DNA of 64,000 bases from Trichodelitschia bisporula (taxonomy: Eukaryota), in the NCBI GenBank assembly GCA_010356995.1, contig ML996705.1:372001-436000 (forward strand). Direction: 5' to 3'. The notes under the pieces were generated by a model, which worked only from the letters and a program-made list of their open reading frames with translations, searched no databases and was not told where the DNA came from. How positions within the stretch are numbered: the first letter of the stretch is position 1; each line of letters begins with the position of its first letter. Position numbers and translations under genes: made by a program. Below are positions 22,329 to 34,879 of the stretch, in pieces.

Positions 22329-25046
22329 CTACACACCCGAATCCTTCATCGCCTCGCCCTTCGACGCGACATACGCTGTCCACGCCGCGCACGTATCCTC
22401 CACCGTGCAGCTACCGTCCAAGCTCCCACTGGACCGGATCTCATCCTTCAGCTCGAGGAACTGCAGCGCGAGGCCCCTTCAGCGATTGTCAGTTCCGAAC
22501 CATCTCTCTAACTACACGACAGGAAGCCGGAGTACTCACATCGCCGAGTGCCACCCGATATGGCAGTGCATGAGCCACACCCCCGGATTCCCCACCTCAA
22601 ACGCCAGCACAATGTACCCGTTCGCAGGGAGCAGGACCGTGTCGCGTCGGGGCGGGTTCTCAAGCTTGAGCGGCACGCTGCTGTTGTATGTCCCGGTCCC
22701 CGTAGCCAGCAACCAGAAATCATGGCCGTGAAGGTGAATCGGATGCGGCACCGGAATCGGCGACTGCAAGATTATATACACAATCTCGCCGCGGCGCGAC
22801 ACGTCGAAGACCAGATTCCCTGTCTCCGCCGTGCTGTTCTCGTTGAAGATGTCCACGAGCGTCGGGTTGTCGTACTGCGACTGGAACGTCGCACCTGAAA
22901 GATACCATTTGTACACCTTGGCAGACGTGTTCGCGACCACGACGTCCATCACCCCCTCGGTGATGTCCGCCGGCCCGGCGTTGAGCGGCAGGATGGGTAC
23001 AATGTCCGCCATGTCCTCGTCGATGCACTCGTCCGTATACTCGTAGGCATCCGTCGCGGGCTCCGTCCCCGCGGCACCAAGGTAGTTCACCACGGCCTTG
23101 ATATCCTTGCCCTGCGCCGTCTCCCCGCACGTGTCCTGGTTGTCCGCACGCATCCAGTACGTCCCCACCAACTGGTCCGCATTGACAATGACATCGTACC
23201 GCTGCCCAATGTTGACGTTGAGCACCTGCGTCTCGTACGGCTCGATAGGTACAAAGTCCACCGCGATGACCGTCATCGTGTGTTCGTCGATCATAAACTT
23301 GAACGTCGACTGGATCGCCGCGTTGACGATACGCAGAAGGTGCGACTCGCCCGGCGCGAACCCCACCCGCAACCGCTGGCCCGTAATCCCCGTATCGGCA
23401 TCGCCCCACGTGTTCATCCCGTTGATGAGCCCCGTATCCATCTTGACGCGCCCACCGGCGGGATCAACCGCGTCCTGTGCCAGGTCATACATGCTGTCCA
23501 CCGTAGCATGGCTCCAGTCCTGAAGAAAAAAGGCGCCGAGGTCGTTGTCGAAATCCATACTGCGCGGGCCATCGATTATCAGCGGCGCGAACACGCCCTC
23601 CCACGTCTGGATCGCAAAGTGCGAGTGGTACCACGACGTGCCGTAGCTGTTGGCAACCCACGTGTACGTCATGGACGCGCCAGGTGCGATCGGACACTGC
23701 GTAATCGACGGCACGCCGTCATTCATGCTGTTCCCTGTCTGTCGCACGCCGTGGAAGTGGATGCTCGTCCCGTTGTCGTGCAAGCGGTTGTTCACCGTTA
23801 CCACTACGGTGTCGCCCCAGCTGGCGCGGATGGGTGGGCCCGGCATTGAGCCATTGATAAGCAGTGCCATGCGCGTGATGCCGTCTGGTGCGATTGTCGA
23901 GTTCGTGATATCGATGCTATACGACACGACTCGGCACGTCTTGGGCGCCTCCTCATAAAAGTTCGTGTAGATGTCCAGCCCGCACCAGTCGTCGGGGTCG
24001 TTGCCTGGTTGGCCTTCGCACGGGACGCAGTCGGGCAACGCGCCGGCGGCGAGGACCGGTGCCGCGGTACATGCTGCTGAGGCGGTGGTCGTTGCTGCTT
24101 GCGGTTGGGATGAGAAACGTCAAGGGGTTTAGGGTAACGTACTACTTTCACCTCTACGGAGCGGAATCTGTGCAACCGGTGATACAGAGAAGCTGGAGAT
24201 GGTCGGCCAGTATAAGCTGGAAGTTGGGTTGATCGGTGTAATCGCTGTGGCAGGGAAGGAGAAGCCGGAGGCCCGAGTCGCGTATTGCTGAGATGAGGGA
24301 GTTGAGCTGCAACCCGTTCGCTTCGTCGCATGGAATGACGAACTTCTTCCCGACACAGCCGGCTTGACGTTCAGATGACAGCTTCCGCCAGTGCTTCGCC
24401 TCGCCCAAAGCACACCCGTGCAGTCCTCGGTGCTGCCGCAGACGGCTATGCACTCATCCAGGCTGGCAGCCGAACTGATCAACGCAACCTCTCCGTCCAA
24501 GTCGCCCTGTTCGATTAAATAGTGAGCCCCGCACCGGGCTGCGTAAACGGAATCTTCCTGTCGGGATCCTTCTGTCTGCTGGGGGACTGATCGAGGCATC
24601 AGTTCTCTCCGGGTTGCCAGTGTTGAAGAGGCTCCTCTTTGTGGGCATGGGCTCGAAGTCTCTGTCTCCTCTCGCTCCTGCGTCGCCTTTCTGAGATAAA
24701 TCATGCTCCAGGAGCCATATTTCGCCCTCCAGGTCTCGACTGAAGCCTTCAGCCAGCAATTGTCACCCCCGCCATCTCTTTTACCCCAGGATGAGAATGA
24801 ACAATCGGGATCCTGAGTACACCTCCAAAGGCAATCATCCGCTGTGTGCCCTGCAAAAGTCCTAAGAGGAAACCCGAGGCCGGTACGTTCAACATGGCAA
24901 TCGACCATGTATCTGTCGCCACTGGGCGCCTCGTACTCCTGGCCATCGGACCGTGGACACGAAACCGGGTCTGCAATACCAGTCGCTGTTAATGAAGGCC
25001 CCGCGGCCACAAGGTGTACGAGGAGGAACCACCGAAGAGCCTTCAT
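22329..25046 (-). CDS. Multicopper oxidase (asco-laccase, AA1) with two N-terminal PAN/apple-like domains
   Basis: ATG at 25046 with a signal peptide. A phase-1 intron near 24100-24142 joins the PAN exon to the oxidase in frame. Cu motifs HFHG, WYHSH, HPIHLHGH and HCHIGWH. The last intron gives ...SAMGLALQF...DSGV*, the asco-laccase C-terminus. Confidence 0.9.
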
Positions 25047-28000
25047 CCCGTACAACGTCCGCAACCGACTCTGGATGGGTGTAAACAGAAGAAAAACACC
25101 ATGAGACGCGACCAGCTCCGCGAGATGTGTCGAGCAAGCGAACGTATCAAAAAGGAAACTGAAGCGAGTGCACTGGCCAGATCGGGCGAGATGAGTGGCG
25201 AGATGAGTCGGCAGCAGGCTGCGCCGAGGAGCAGTATAAAGTATGGCGTAGGGAAACGGCTCAGCCTCGACAAGGCCCCAAGCAAGGCCGATATGGCAAA
25301 AGCAAGTGCACGAAAGCGTCAACGGGCAGGAGTATTTACAAGTTCATCGCACATCCCATGGGTATTTTGTGTCGGTGTAACTGTGGACGTCCAGTTTGAA
25401 CTGTGGGGATCTGCCAGTTTCCACCCAAATTGGTTGCTTGGATCATGGGCTGTGCGAACTGGTGGGCTTTCTCCTATCTGGCTGAACCCCACGCCCCAAA
25501 TGCCCCCCCAGGCTCCGCGTCTGCGGATGACCACGCGGTGGAGCATACCGGAACAAGGTGGGGTCGTTGTTACCAGAGCAGAGGGTTCTGAGTACGACAC
25601 CACGACAAGGAGCTTCCTAGATATCCAGGGCAAAGACACGGAATATTAATATTTGCATTGAACTGCATTGAGAACGGCATTGTAAGCGCGGGGATATGGG
25701 GGCCACGTGTGGACTGGAGGCCGCCTCGCATCGTGATGGTTTACCACAGTGGTTGTTATGGAGCTGCTGTGGGTCGGCCGGCAGTATGCAGTCGGGTAGT
25801 GTTGAGACTCGGAGGGTAGAGCTGCAAGACGCGGGTAGCGCCGTGCCACGCGATCAAAGAACCCATATTACTCCCACGTCGCCATAGGCCTCGCTGGTAG
25901 CCCGTCTGAAAGAGAGAGTCATTAGCGAACCTAACCGGGAAGCGCGTTGGCGAATAGAGACGGCAAGGCCCGCCGGTTTCGGTCTCCACCATTGCCCTTC
26001 ACGCCTGGGCACACGGCTTCGGGGTCCCTCCTCCGCCGATGACGATGTTGTGTGGGGTGATACGGTGAGGGACGAGCACTGCAGAAGCAGTGCTATGATC
26101 GAGCCAAGTTGCTCGTCATGCATAACGCCTGGACATGATGAATCTCTGGAGAATAGAAACTCGATTGGATACGCATCAAGGTCAACGGCTATCGGAGAAA
26201 ACATGCCCGACATCGAAGCGTTGGGCGTGATATCGGTCGATCACTGAGACAGAGATCTAGACCAAGCTTCTTGCGAATCTGAGAGCCACAGAGAGCAGAC
26301 ATGACGAACGCGACGAGGTCTAGACGGCATCTGGTTTGTGGCACGCAGGTCCCTATCCCTAAGGTCAGCGAAATCCCTCCTACTGAAGTCCAGCGGTAGC
26401 TTTATAAGCATGATATTGAAAGCAGCAACCCGAGAGATTGCAACCCCCCGAGCGTCTACTGTCAAGGGAGAGATGCTAGTCGACATAAACGTTACCAGCT
26501 CCTCGATCTCGGAAATTTTTCCCACGGTGGGAGTTGAGCAGCACAAAGACCCTTCAAGGACGTCGATGTCGCGCTTGGGCCAGAGACATGGCTCTTGGTT
26601 CTCCAACTCCCCGCGACCACGGTTGTACGTGGAGGCGACCGACCGATCGCCAACGGGTACGCAACGGTCATGAGCCACAGGCTGTATCCTTCCATCGGGC
26701 AACTGCAAGCGAGGGAGACGACAGTCGATAGCCTATGACCAGCCTCGATCAACGCTCCGCGTGGATGATGGCGCGTCCATGGCCTGGCTGATGCCGTGGA
26801 ACGGCGGCATTGCTGCAGGAAGTGGGCGAGAAGGAAGCGTATGTAGTATGGCCACGTACAACGTTTTCTCGTTTTCGTCGATGTTGATCAACAGCGAGGA
26901 ACCGGCATCTCGAAGCGTGGGAGTTGTGTGCTGTTGGGAACCTCCAAATTGAATTGAGTTTGGCCCAAACCAATTGAGGTTGCAGAAGGTGGGACCGACC
27001 AAGGTCCAGGCGTTCGCACTTTTCGAGATGCCATCGGCAACGGTTTCTTCTCTTGCATCATGTTAACTCGACGAAGAGGCTCTGTTATCGCCAGGTACGA
27101 ATAAAAGGCGGCATGGGAGCAACAAACGTAGGCATCATGGCCTGCTTTGTCCAAAGAGGCTCTCCGCACCTCACAGACTCATATCAAAGCCTTCTTACGT
27201 GCCGGAAGATCATCTTGTTCAAGATCCATTCCTCAGGGACACTTTCAACCGGATCATCGCTCCCACGCGCTCTCAGGGCCTCGATGGGTCTGTCCGATCC
27301 CAGCAGCCGTGTGGATCATATCACTTCATGCGCCCCATTGTTTGCCCCGTTAGGCCTAGTATTTTCGGACTTCAGATGAGAAACCGCAGGCCGTCGCGAT
27401 CACGCGAGCTGAGGTCCAGACTCAGCATCCCGTCGATGCAGTACGCTTATGAAGGCATCAAGAGTCACAAGAAGTCCACTTCCCTACCTTTGATAACGAA
27501 AATCCAGTGAGCTCTTGACATCCTTGCGGTTAGCTACCACGCCATTCTCCACGTTCGACGTTCACCATGCATCCCACAAACCGCCCCTCTGTACCATCAT
27601 GGACCCCACGAGCCCTGGTGTGAGGAAGCGGATCATTGTTCGCCTTCACCTCGCCTTTAAGAGCCCATTCCGCTCGAGGCAGGGCTGAACCTGCGGAGAA
27701 ACTTTCCCATCCCTCTCGCAGCTCTGGCTCCAGCAAGCCAAACCACGAAGACCATCCAAAGTGAACTTACCCCTCGGCAAACACCCCACCCAGCGCACAA
27801 CACCCCTCCCCTCCACCCACGAAGCTGAAATTGCCAGCTCCCACCCCACTTCCATGTCACTCCAGCCGCACCCCACCACCCGCCGCCAACGCCCAACAAA
27901 TAGCCTCCCGCGGCGCCTGCACGCCTCTGCAGGCTCTCCGGAAGGCGCCCCAGCCCGAAGCCGCCTATCGCGCAACGACGGAATTGAAGTCCGTGCTGCC

Positions 28001-30135
28001 GTCTGCGCCACGCCTCTAGCGGTGACGTCGCTGTGATGCGGGCGATGCGGCGGTTTCGGGCCTTGGCAAGCTTGTGGCGTCGCCTGCGGAGGAGGTGGGG
28101 GGAGGGAGGGGTCTGGCTCGACGGTGAACTTGTGCGAGGGAGCTAGATAGGAAGAATATCTGCTTGGATGGGAATTGGGGATGGGAAAGAGTTGAAGGGT
28201 CCAGACGGGGCGGGGATTGCTTGTTTGAACTGCGAGTGTGTGGGCCGGACGCCCGCCCGGAGCCAGCAGCAGCTAACCGGGGACGACAGTCGGGTTTACG
28301 GATTAAGTATTTAAGCCGAATGCGTTGGAGATGAGGCGAATGCGGACGGTCTCACCGGGTCCCCGGTGGCACAGGTCAGATTAGGATTCGGCTCGATTCA
28401 GCGCTGGCTTCGGACCGACGAGTCGTGGGTTACATGTACGCCCGGTTCTGTGAGCGGTGTGTGTTCCCCACATCGCTGGAGGGACAGCCAACTGTCAGTT
28501 CGATATGGACGCATGTCGGATAGATTTGTGGATATATTGATCGTCGCTGTCGGACCTGCAGCCTGCAAGGCAAGATGCAGAGTACGCGAGAAGTGGGAGG
28601 AGAGTGACGAGGAGAAGATACAAAAGGACAAGGGCAGAGAAAAGAGTCTCAGAACGAGGAATGAAAGTAGCAAGCTTCGTACCGTACTATGCGGTAGAGA
28701 GGAAGAAAGGAATAGGTCCAGAGCATGGTGTGATTAAGCACGGAAACGTGAGACGTGAGTGATATATTGGCTAAAAGAAGCTTTCGCTTCGCTCGCCCGT
28801 GTCCCCGCAAACTATCGCCATCCCCCACTCTCTCGTCAACGAATGCCACCTCGCGTGTCCTTCTCCCATTCAAAATGACGTCACGGCTCAACCATTTTTC
28901 CAGAATCTCCCCCAACTCAACTCTCACCATTCCTTCGCTCCCGTTTTCTCTCCCCCATCCTTCTCTTCCCAAGTGACCCCTCGTTTCTGTACACCCATCT
29001 CACTACCGTACCTTACCCTTACCCACCCCGCTCATTCAAGCAACGCTGTGTACTAACGCGCCAACCCACGCCAGTGGCTTGTTCTAATTCTCGCCCGGCC
29101 TTTGCCGCTCATTGACTCGTTTAGAGGCCAAAAGTCGCCGCTGCTCTTAACTTCTTCTCGCCCTCTCGCTCGCCATCATTGTCTTGCGTACTTCGGATAA
29201 AAGCAGAAAAGAGCCGAAAGAAAGAGGAAGAAGGGAACAGAAGCTCTGGCGTCGAGAAAGCAGAGGCAACATCAAACCAAACAACAGCCTTCAATTCCTC
29301 TTGGTCCGCCGTCAGAAGCACGTTTTGTACATCCGCACATCGCACACCATTCAAACCGCAACCACCCCCACCCCTCCACTCACCCCCATCCCCCTCCCAA
29401 ACCCTGGATTCCTTCGTTGCGAGCTCCAGTCACGCCTACACCCCCGCCCTCCCAGGCTCCTTCAGCACAAATTCGAATCGACCGATCTAAAGCTTGGCCC
29501 AATCCCGAAACGGTTTACTCTCTTCCTATCAACCCTGCCCCGCACCCGCAAGACGTCCACCTTGGGCTTTTGGAATGGTCAGCTCGAAATATCAAGGTCA
29601 GACCCTACAATCCTGCACTCTACTACTGGACCTGCACGCTACTCGCCTCTGCTCTTTCAAACGTCCCTTCACTACAGTAAACCGCCATATCTTTGCCGGC
29701 GAAAGAGTACCCGTCGCACCATCGCCTTTCCCCTCCCCTCCCCGCCAATAGCTTAACACTTGGCTATTTGGTGCTTCAAGCCTCCCCAACCCCTCCTTAC
29801 TTCCGTTCTCTACTGCCGCATGTGAGAGGTGCTGTTCTACGTCATCGCAGCCTGCACAATCCGAGATTACCATCCCTACCCCACCCCACACCCAAGGCAA
29901 GAGAAGGTGGTGAAAGTTCCGTCCAACCAAACAGAGTCAGCAGCGTGCTCTCGACACGAAACTCGGTGTGGTGTCGAAGGGTGTGGAGAAACTCGAAGAG
30001 AGCAAGTTGCGCCGGCAAAAAAAAAGAAACTCGCCACGCTGTCGCTCCATCGTCACAGCTCTTGATATGCTCTGGGGAAGGTTACGACGACTTGATTCCT
30101 GGCGGCGTGCGCAAACGTATCAGACATTCGAACAG

Positions 30136-32139
30136 ATGGCTCCTCAAACACCAGTCATGGATCAAATATTGACCCACTCTCCCATCCCAAGTATCTTGCT
30201 CGACGGTGACCAGCTTGTTCTCCAAGTATCATCGAGTTTCGCGAATTTGATCGGTCGCAGCGACTGCGAAAAATGCCTCGGCATGGACTTGGTAGATGTT
30301 TTGGAAGGCGCCAGCTCCGACGTTTGCCTTCCCCCGGTGGAAGTACTGCAGGAAGCCGCGCGAAAAGCTGTGGGTGCCAAAACGGTCACGGTAATCAAGA
30401 ACATCTTGACGGAAAATGGAGTCTACTGGTCCATCAGAGCAGTGCCAATCTTCGACCGAGGTACGCTTCTGTTTACAATCCTCGAGTTTGAGGACACAAC
30501 AGTGGACTTTCGGAAGCTGCAGGCTCTCAATGACGAACGAATCACGAACGAAACGTATCGGATCTTGGTCGAGACCGTCAAGGACTACGCCATTTTCATG
30601 CTCGACACCAAAGGCCGCGTGGCCACTTGGAATTCGGGAGCCGCGCTGCTTAAGGGCTATAAGCGCGACGAGATTGTCGGCCGTCACTTTTCCGTCTTTT
30701 ACGGCACAGAGGATCGCATCGCCGACAAGCCCGGGAAAGAGCTGGTGTTGTGCATGAGAGATGGGAAAGTTCTTGATGAAGGCTGGCGCTACCGAAAGGA
30801 TGGCTCTCGCTTCTGGGCAAGCGTCACCATCACGGCCGTGTACCGGTCGAACGAGCATATCGGCTTCAGCAAGGTCACGCGTGACCTCACGGAGCGGAAG
30901 GCGGCGGAGGCGCGGCTGATTTCGGCGTACGAGGAGTCTGACCGGCTCAAATCCGAGTTCCTGGCCAACATGAGCCACGAGATCCGGACGCCCATGCATG
31001 GCATGCTCGCGGCGCTGGCCCTGCTCATCGAGACCCCGCTGAGCTCCGAGCAGCGCGAACTGACAAGCACAATCCACGAGTCAGGCCACGTGCTGCTCCA
31101 GGTCATCAACGACATTCTCGACTACTCCAAGCTCGCAGCCGCGCACTTTTCGCTGAATTCGGCGGCGATTTGCGTGCCCGGGATCATCGCGAGCGTCGTC
31201 CGAAGTTATCAGATGACACTGAAACAGGGAGTGACGCTGGATGCTCGGTTAGATTCGAACCTTCCACAAACGGCGTTAGGAGACGAGTTGCGGTACCGAC
31301 AGATCTTGCAGAATCTCATCGGAAATGCTGTCAAGTTTACCGACGAGGGAAGCATCCACGTGACCGCGTCCTTGGAAGAGGAAGGGAACGACATGTACCG
31401 GATATACACCGAAGTAGAGGACACAGGCATTGGCGTAGCTGATGGGGACGTCAAGCTACTCTTTAGCCCATTTACCCAACTGGACGTTTCCGCGACGAAG
31501 CGTCACGAAGGCACCGGTCTCGGCCTCTCCATCAGCAAATCGCTGGCGGAGCTCATGGGAGGCGAGATCGGCTATCGCAAGAATTCCAAGTCTCAAGGGA
31601 GTGTGTTCTGGTTCACCGTTAAGATGAGCAAGGCGGATGCGACTGAGAAGCTCGGGGAGCTGACGGAGAAGTTTAGCAGCATGGCGCTGCCGGCGACACC
31701 TGCGACACGTGACCAGTTGAAGGATGTTGCGAAGTCGAAGCGGTTGCTGCTGGCGGAAGACAACATTCTGAATCAGAAGGTGATGTTGAAGATGCTGAAA
31801 AATTTCGGGTTCGAAAACGTCGACACGGCCATCAACGGCAAGGAGGCGGTGAAGCTTGCGCTGCAGCACAAGTATGCATATGACTTGATCCTCATGGACA
31901 TCAATATGCCGGTGCTGGACGGTGTGTGTGCGACAGGCGAGATCAAAGATGCTGGTGTGAACGTTCCAATCGTGGCGATGACGGCGAACGCGTTGAAGGG
32001 TGACCAGGAGACGTATCTGGCCAAGGGGTTGGATGACTACATTCCCAAGCCCGTGGATCAGCAGCTGTTGATACAGATACTGCTGAAGTGGCTGACGGCG
32101 GACCGCGGCGAGGTAACGATTAACGGCGTGAAGGATTGA
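30136..32139 (+). CDS. Hybrid histidine kinase PAS/PAC-HisKA-HATPase-REC (TcsA/Fos-1-like)
   Basis: PAS motif YAIFMLD..WNSGA..RKDGSRFWA. H-box FLANMSHEIRTPMHG. NLIGNAVKFT, DTGIG and GTGLGLSI boxes. Receiver DLILMDINMPVLDG. The start could be ATG 30067 instead. Confidence 0.93.
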   Translation: MAPQTPVMDQILTHSPIPSILLDGDQLVLQVSSSFANLIGRSDCEKCLGMDLVDVLEGASSDVCLPPVEVLQEAARKAVGAKTVTVIKNILTENGVYWSIRAVPIFDRGTLLFTILEFEDTTVDFRKLQALNDERITNETYRILVETVKDYAIFMLDTKGRVATWNSGAALLKGYKRDEIVGRHFSVFYGTEDRIADKPGKELVLCMRDGKVLDEGWRYRKDGSRFWASVTITAVYRSNEHIGFSKVTRDLTERKAAEARLISAYEESDRLKSEFLANMSHEIRTPMHGMLAALALLIETPLSSEQRELTSTIHESGHVLLQVINDILDYSKLAAAHFSLNSAAICVPGIIASVVRSYQMTLKQGVTLDARLDSNLPQTALGDELRYRQILQNLIGNAVKFTDEGSIHVTASLEEEGNDMYRIYTEVEDTGIGVADGDVKLLFSPFTQLDVSATKRHEGTGLGLSISKSLAELMGGEIGYRKNSKSQGSVFWFTVKMSKADATEKLGELTEKFSSMALPATPATRDQLKDVAKSKRLLLAEDNILNQKVMLKMLKNFGFENVDTAINGKEAVKLALQHKYAYDLILMDINMPVLDGVCATGEIKDAGVNVPIVAMTANALKGDQETYLAKGLDDYIPKPVDQQLLIQILLKWLTADRGEVTINGVKD

Positions 32140-33043
32140 AACGGACGGGTTTCACCTCTCTGATTGCAAGGCGTGTTTGGACTCAGGTGTGGCTGTTGAA
32201 TACCCCGGGGCGGAGTCAATATAATGAAGCAGTATTCCAGGCTGACTTTGCTGCGAAGGGGAGGTCAGCGCGGCCGAAATCATGGGAAATGGAGTATTGG
32301 GGAGTGGAAGTGTGTTTGGGCATATGTGCCGGAGTTAGTTCATTGTCTGTCTCTTTTTATGCTCCTGATGAATGCAAAAATTTGGGAGATTGTGTAGTCG
32401 TAGTTGCACGAGGTCAAATGCAGCTTCTCGGCGCGATGATGCAAGAGCCGGTACGACCTCATTTATATGTGCAGAGGGGGCTTGTCTTCAAGCTGCAACC
32501 ATCAGACCATATTTCGGATCAAAATGCGGCCGAGACCGTCCAATGACGTAGTGAACGGATGGAGCTCCGATGCATGGTCAAAAATGGGAGAAGAGGGGAA
32601 TCGGGGATGAAGAGATTGGAGGCAGAAGGAAGTTTGGGAGGGAAAAGAAGTCTCTTTGAATCGTTTACGCAAGCTACGTAAGTCTATCCTGATCTGAATA
32701 CGAATGACAAAGACGTCATATTGCTGGAAGGGGAATGGTCCCTTTCATCCTCAATGGATCGGCTGGTTAGTGCCAAGGGGCTGTGTCGTGTAACGAGGGT
32801 CCAGCCGTGATGATTGCCACTGACCTCATTCCTCCGGAGATGGTTCCTCCTCATATTGTCTTCTGCTTCTGTGCGCTCATGGTGCTCGTAGTCTTACGGT
32901 TAGAGTATATCGACATGAAGCATTCTCTCTTCACTGGCTAGTCCAGGTTCTTCGTTGCTATTATATTTACAACCCTCCTTCAACCCGAGCTAGAGAGAGC
33001 AACTCGAGCTCCAAGAGACAATAACTGAGCACATTACCACCGT

Positions 33044-34879
33044 CTACAACTCCTCAATCCTCCCCAGAACCCACTGTAAATGGCGATAACTGGATCTAGG
33101 CTGGAACTGCGGCTGCATATGCCTACTCCCCGTCAGCAAGACCCCACAACGAAGTCCTCGACTTACCCCGACTGAAACGTCTCCGCCCACATCAGGCCTC
33201 TCTCAAAATGCTGCACACCCATAACACCCTGTCCCTGGTCTCCGCCATCATAACCTCCGAGTCCGCTCGCCTCAAAGACAGCCCCATATTGCAGGTCAGG
33301 CAGGCGGATATCAATAGGCGTCGCAGGGGCAGTCTGGAATCCCATCTTGCCGCCCCACGTCATGTTCTGGATGCTGAGCAGCGTGCCGTCGGTCAGGATC
33401 TCGAAGTCGAAATCGCCGTTTGCGATCAGAACCCGGTTTGTCGCTTCGATGAGGCGCGGGAGGACGGATTGGATCGGATCGGCAGAGAGGTCTCCGTTGC
33501 GGTATTGCCCGGCTTTATTGGCAAAGACTGGGCCACTGCATTCGCTCCAGGAGACATTGGGGGGTGCTACCATCGTGAGTGCTCTGTGTGGGAACGAGTG
33601 AGACGGTAAATACCATGCATGGCAGCCTTCACGTCCGGTCGGTCAAAGTACACGCCTCCCGTACCCGGATACTGATACTGCAAGTCCGTCGGGAAACCTA
33701 GAGGATCACCCAGCAGTGGACACATACTGTTAATCTCATAGACGTTGAAGCACGGGTTAGGCTGGTACGCAGCCATGTACGCCTTCCCCCAGACGTCACA
33801 ATTCACACCAGACCCGGGCTCGGCAAACGGCCGCACAATCTCCGGCTGCTGCCCCAAAGGCGGAAAGGTCAAGAATGTGTCGGTGTAGTTCGCGTACCCG
33901 CAGTACTCGTGCTCACGCTTCAGTTGCTCCATGAACGTGGCGTTGAAGTTGAACAGCAGCGCGTGCTTCTCAATGAAGGGCACTGCGGCTACCGTTTGGC
34001 CTATGTACTCGTATTGGCCGATGACGGGGTCGTACATCAGTGCGCCGGAGACGTTGAAGCGGTCCGCATCCGGCGCAGAGAGGAGCGCATCGGCTACGTA
34101 CGGGACGTAGCGGCCGGCGTAGCTCTCGCCCGCGATGAACGTCTTGAGCCCTGATATACCGAAGGTATCCTGGAAGTTGCGGAAGAAGGCCAGGAAGTCT
34201 GCTGCGGTTTCTTCCTCGCTTGTCGCTGTGACCGCTCCGGTGGAAAAGCCTAGGCCGATGGGGTATTCGACCCTGGAGACATTAGACACTGGAATATGGG
34301 GGGATCCGAACGTACCAAAGCACATTCGTCAGGTTCACCCAGGAGTACTGGTTGATCACCGGCGTGGTTTGCCCCCATTGCCAGCTAATCAGCCCGTTCT
34401 CCTGAAAGAATGCCTCGAGCGAGCTACACCCAGGTCCTGGCCGTCAGCCTTGTCCGCACAGACACACCCGGGTTTCCAACCGCCATTGAACCACACAACC
34501 AGCTCGTCCACCGGCGCGCCAACCGTTGGCTGAAACGCGAAGAACATGTTCCGCGAAGTGTCGTTCCCGACTGGCAGCTGCCCTGAGTACAGCTCTCCCA
34601 GGTCGTAGGGGACGTTCGGGAGGCTGTTGACGAAGAAGCCTAAAGGGTGAGTCGGCGTCGCGGTCGGTCGGGACACTCACCTTTGGTGTTGTCGCTGAGG
34701 AAGCGCATAGCGGGCGCCTGGCGTGGGGCTTTTGCGGCCTTCGGCCGTGAATTGGCCATGGCAGCCCGTCGCGCACGCACAGCGCGAGCGCGCTCATCGC
34801 TCGTCTCGCGGCCGGAGACGGCATCGCAGCACAGCAGGAAGAGGAGACACACAACCGAGAGGCTCAAGAAGCGTAACAT
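33044..34879 (-). CDS. Secreted serine carboxypeptidase (peptidase S10)
   Basis: Signal peptide. Motifs [36 protein letters not shown] and [10 protein letters not shown]. Multiple GT-AG introns restore the frame. Confidence 0.93.

Noticed and set aside
32584..32654. Possible fourth, inverted copy of the dispersed element
   Set aside because: The similarity is confined to low-complexity purine-rich sequence and cannot be distinguished from chance by eye.
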